Below, piece after piece: positions 7,695-8,887 of a stretch of DNA of 8,887 nt. The notes under the pieces were generated by a model. The model did not search any database. It had not been told where the DNA came from and saw only the letters and a program-made list of their open reading frames with translations. The stretch lies in contig NW_021828261.1 of the NCBI RefSeq assembly GCF_006345805.1, positions 1-8,887 of the forward strand, read 5' to 3'. This DNA comes from Octopus sinensis. Its lineage: Eukaryota. Each line of letters starts with the position of its first letter. The first letter of the stretch is position 1. The translations under genes were made by a program, and so were the position numbers.

Positions 7695-7890
7695 TTGCTT
7701 ACCACCGCTTGACAACGGTCTTGGTTTGTTTACACCCTTGTAATTTAACGGTTTGACCAAAGAGCCGTATAGAATAAGTTCAAGGCGTTAAACATCTATG
7801 TACTGTGATCGATTCGTTTGACTAAAACCCTTCAAAGTGGTGCCCCAGCATGGCCGCAGTCCAATAACTAAAACAAGTAAATTATAAAAA
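7695..7890 (+). mobile_element. SINE copy I (diverged 3' half, headless)
   Basis: accaccgcttgacaacggtcttggtttgtttac...gtggtgccccagcatggccgcagtccaataactaaaacaagtaaa. Confidence 0.88.
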
Positions 7891-8166
7891 GTACTGACAG
7901 CCTCCTTCATTTCCTAAAAGTTTCGACTCTCTTCCTACATATCAACACCAGAAAAAAATAGGGTTTACTTTTTCTGTTTGTTTGTCTAAGTATTTTTTTC
8001 CTTCACGTGGTCCACCTACAAAACCTGCTGTGAGTATTTCCCCCACCACAGTAAGAAACGAAACACAATACAGTGGTCCTGCACAATGCTGTGTCTCAGT
8101 GCAAGGTGTGCTACGGTATGGCTGTAGTTCAATGATTAAAAGAAGTTTAAGAATAAATGAACAATA

Positions 8167-8590
8167 GGTGCAGGAGTGGCTGTGTGGTAAGTAGCTTGCA
8201 AACCAACCACATGGTTTCGGGTTCAGTCCCACTGCGTGGCACCTTGGGCAAGTGTCTTCTGCTATAGCCCCGGGCCGACCAATGCCTAGTGAATGGATTT
8301 AGTAGACGGAAACTGAAAGAAGCCTGTCGTATATATGTATATATATATAAGTGTGTGTGTATATGTTTGTGTGTCTGTGTTTGTCCCCCTAGCATTGCTT
8401 GACAACCGATGCTGTGTGTGTTTATGTCCCCGCCACTGAGCGGTTTTCGGCAAAAGAGACCGATAGAATAAGTACTGGGCTTACAAAGAATAAGTACCGG
8501 GGCGTCGATTTGACTCGAAAGGCGGGTGCTCCAGCATGGCCGCAGTCAAATGACTGAAACAAGTAAAAGAGTAAAAGAGAAAATAATAAA
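8167..8590 (+). mobile_element. Full-length tRNA-derived SINE copy J, same young subfamily as G
   Basis: A box at 8177-8187 and B box at 8220-8230. It shares ctagcattgcttgacaaccgatgctg and gtactgggcttacaaagaataagt with G. The tail is gtaaaagagtaaaagag. Confidence 0.95.
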
Positions 8591-8753
8591 TCTCACAGCG
8601 AGTACGTCACGATGTGTTGTAGCTACTGTTTATAACTCGCTCTGAGATTGATTATTGCTTGTTCACACTTTTTCGATATCAGTGTCTATCGATACTGGAA
8701 AAAGCATAAGTGTTTGTGAAGGGAACCTACTTCTCATCGACAACTGTGATTAT

Positions 8754-8798
8754 CACACGCCGATGACGGGTCAATACTCAGAAACTCGAGTCCGTGTG
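8754..8798 (+). ncRNA. Type I hammerhead ribozyme motif
   Basis: Stem I cacacg (8754-8759) pairs with cgtgtg (8793-8798). Core CCGATGA (8760-8766) is a U4C variant of CUGANGA. Stem II is c-gggt caat actc-a (8767-8780), then GAA (8781-8783), then palindromic stem III ACTC/GAGT (8784-8791) with no loop, then cleavage triplet GUC with predicted scission after 8792. Every element is in the canonical register. Confidence 0.8.
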
Positions 8799-8887
8799 TA
8801 TCATAAGTTGAAGACGGGAAGGATGGCCTCCCTTTGCAAACACTGATAGGGCACAGAAAGTGTGTCTATAGCCAGCTGGAGGAGTGT

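Noticed and set aside
5714-7743. Long Y/I/C/M/H/T-rich ORFs (for example 5714..6049, 7134..7550, 7354..7743; likewise 6..287 and 999..1268)
   Set aside because: They are translations of (TA)n/(TG)n/(TATG)n microsatellites, which lack stops in some frames. There is no domain content.
8167-8798. Pol III read-through from SINE J producing the hammerhead RNA
   Set aside because: T4 at 8444-8447 and T5 at 8669-8673 lie between the promoter boxes and the ribozyme and would be expected to terminate Pol III first.

Overview
AT-rich, repeat-saturated eukaryotic non-coding DNA. It most resembles an octopus (coleoid) intron or intergenic region; that taxon call comes from recognising the repeat style and was not checked by search. 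I find no intact protein-coding gene. Nearly all supplied ORFs are translations of (TA)n/(TATG)n/(ACC)n microsatellites or SINEs. The exceptions are 319-573 and 592-786 (minus strand), which are pieces of a dead, 5'-truncated RLE-type non-LTR retrotransposon (R4/Dong-like) flanked by (TACA)n tracts. About ten full or partial copies of one tRNA-derived SINE with an internal microsatellite occur in both orientations, alongside two fragments of a second repeat, long dinucleotide tracts and a 1.5 kb degenerate triplet block with higher-order repeats. The most interesting signal is a type I hammerhead ribozyme motif (8754-8798, plus strand) at the apex of a ~200 nt fold-back whose G-U pairs favour the plus strand. 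A second, damaged hammerhead with nearly the same stem III lies at 1877-1914. There are also several local inverted duplications, including a 49 bp inverted repeat visible in full only after a SINE insertion is removed.
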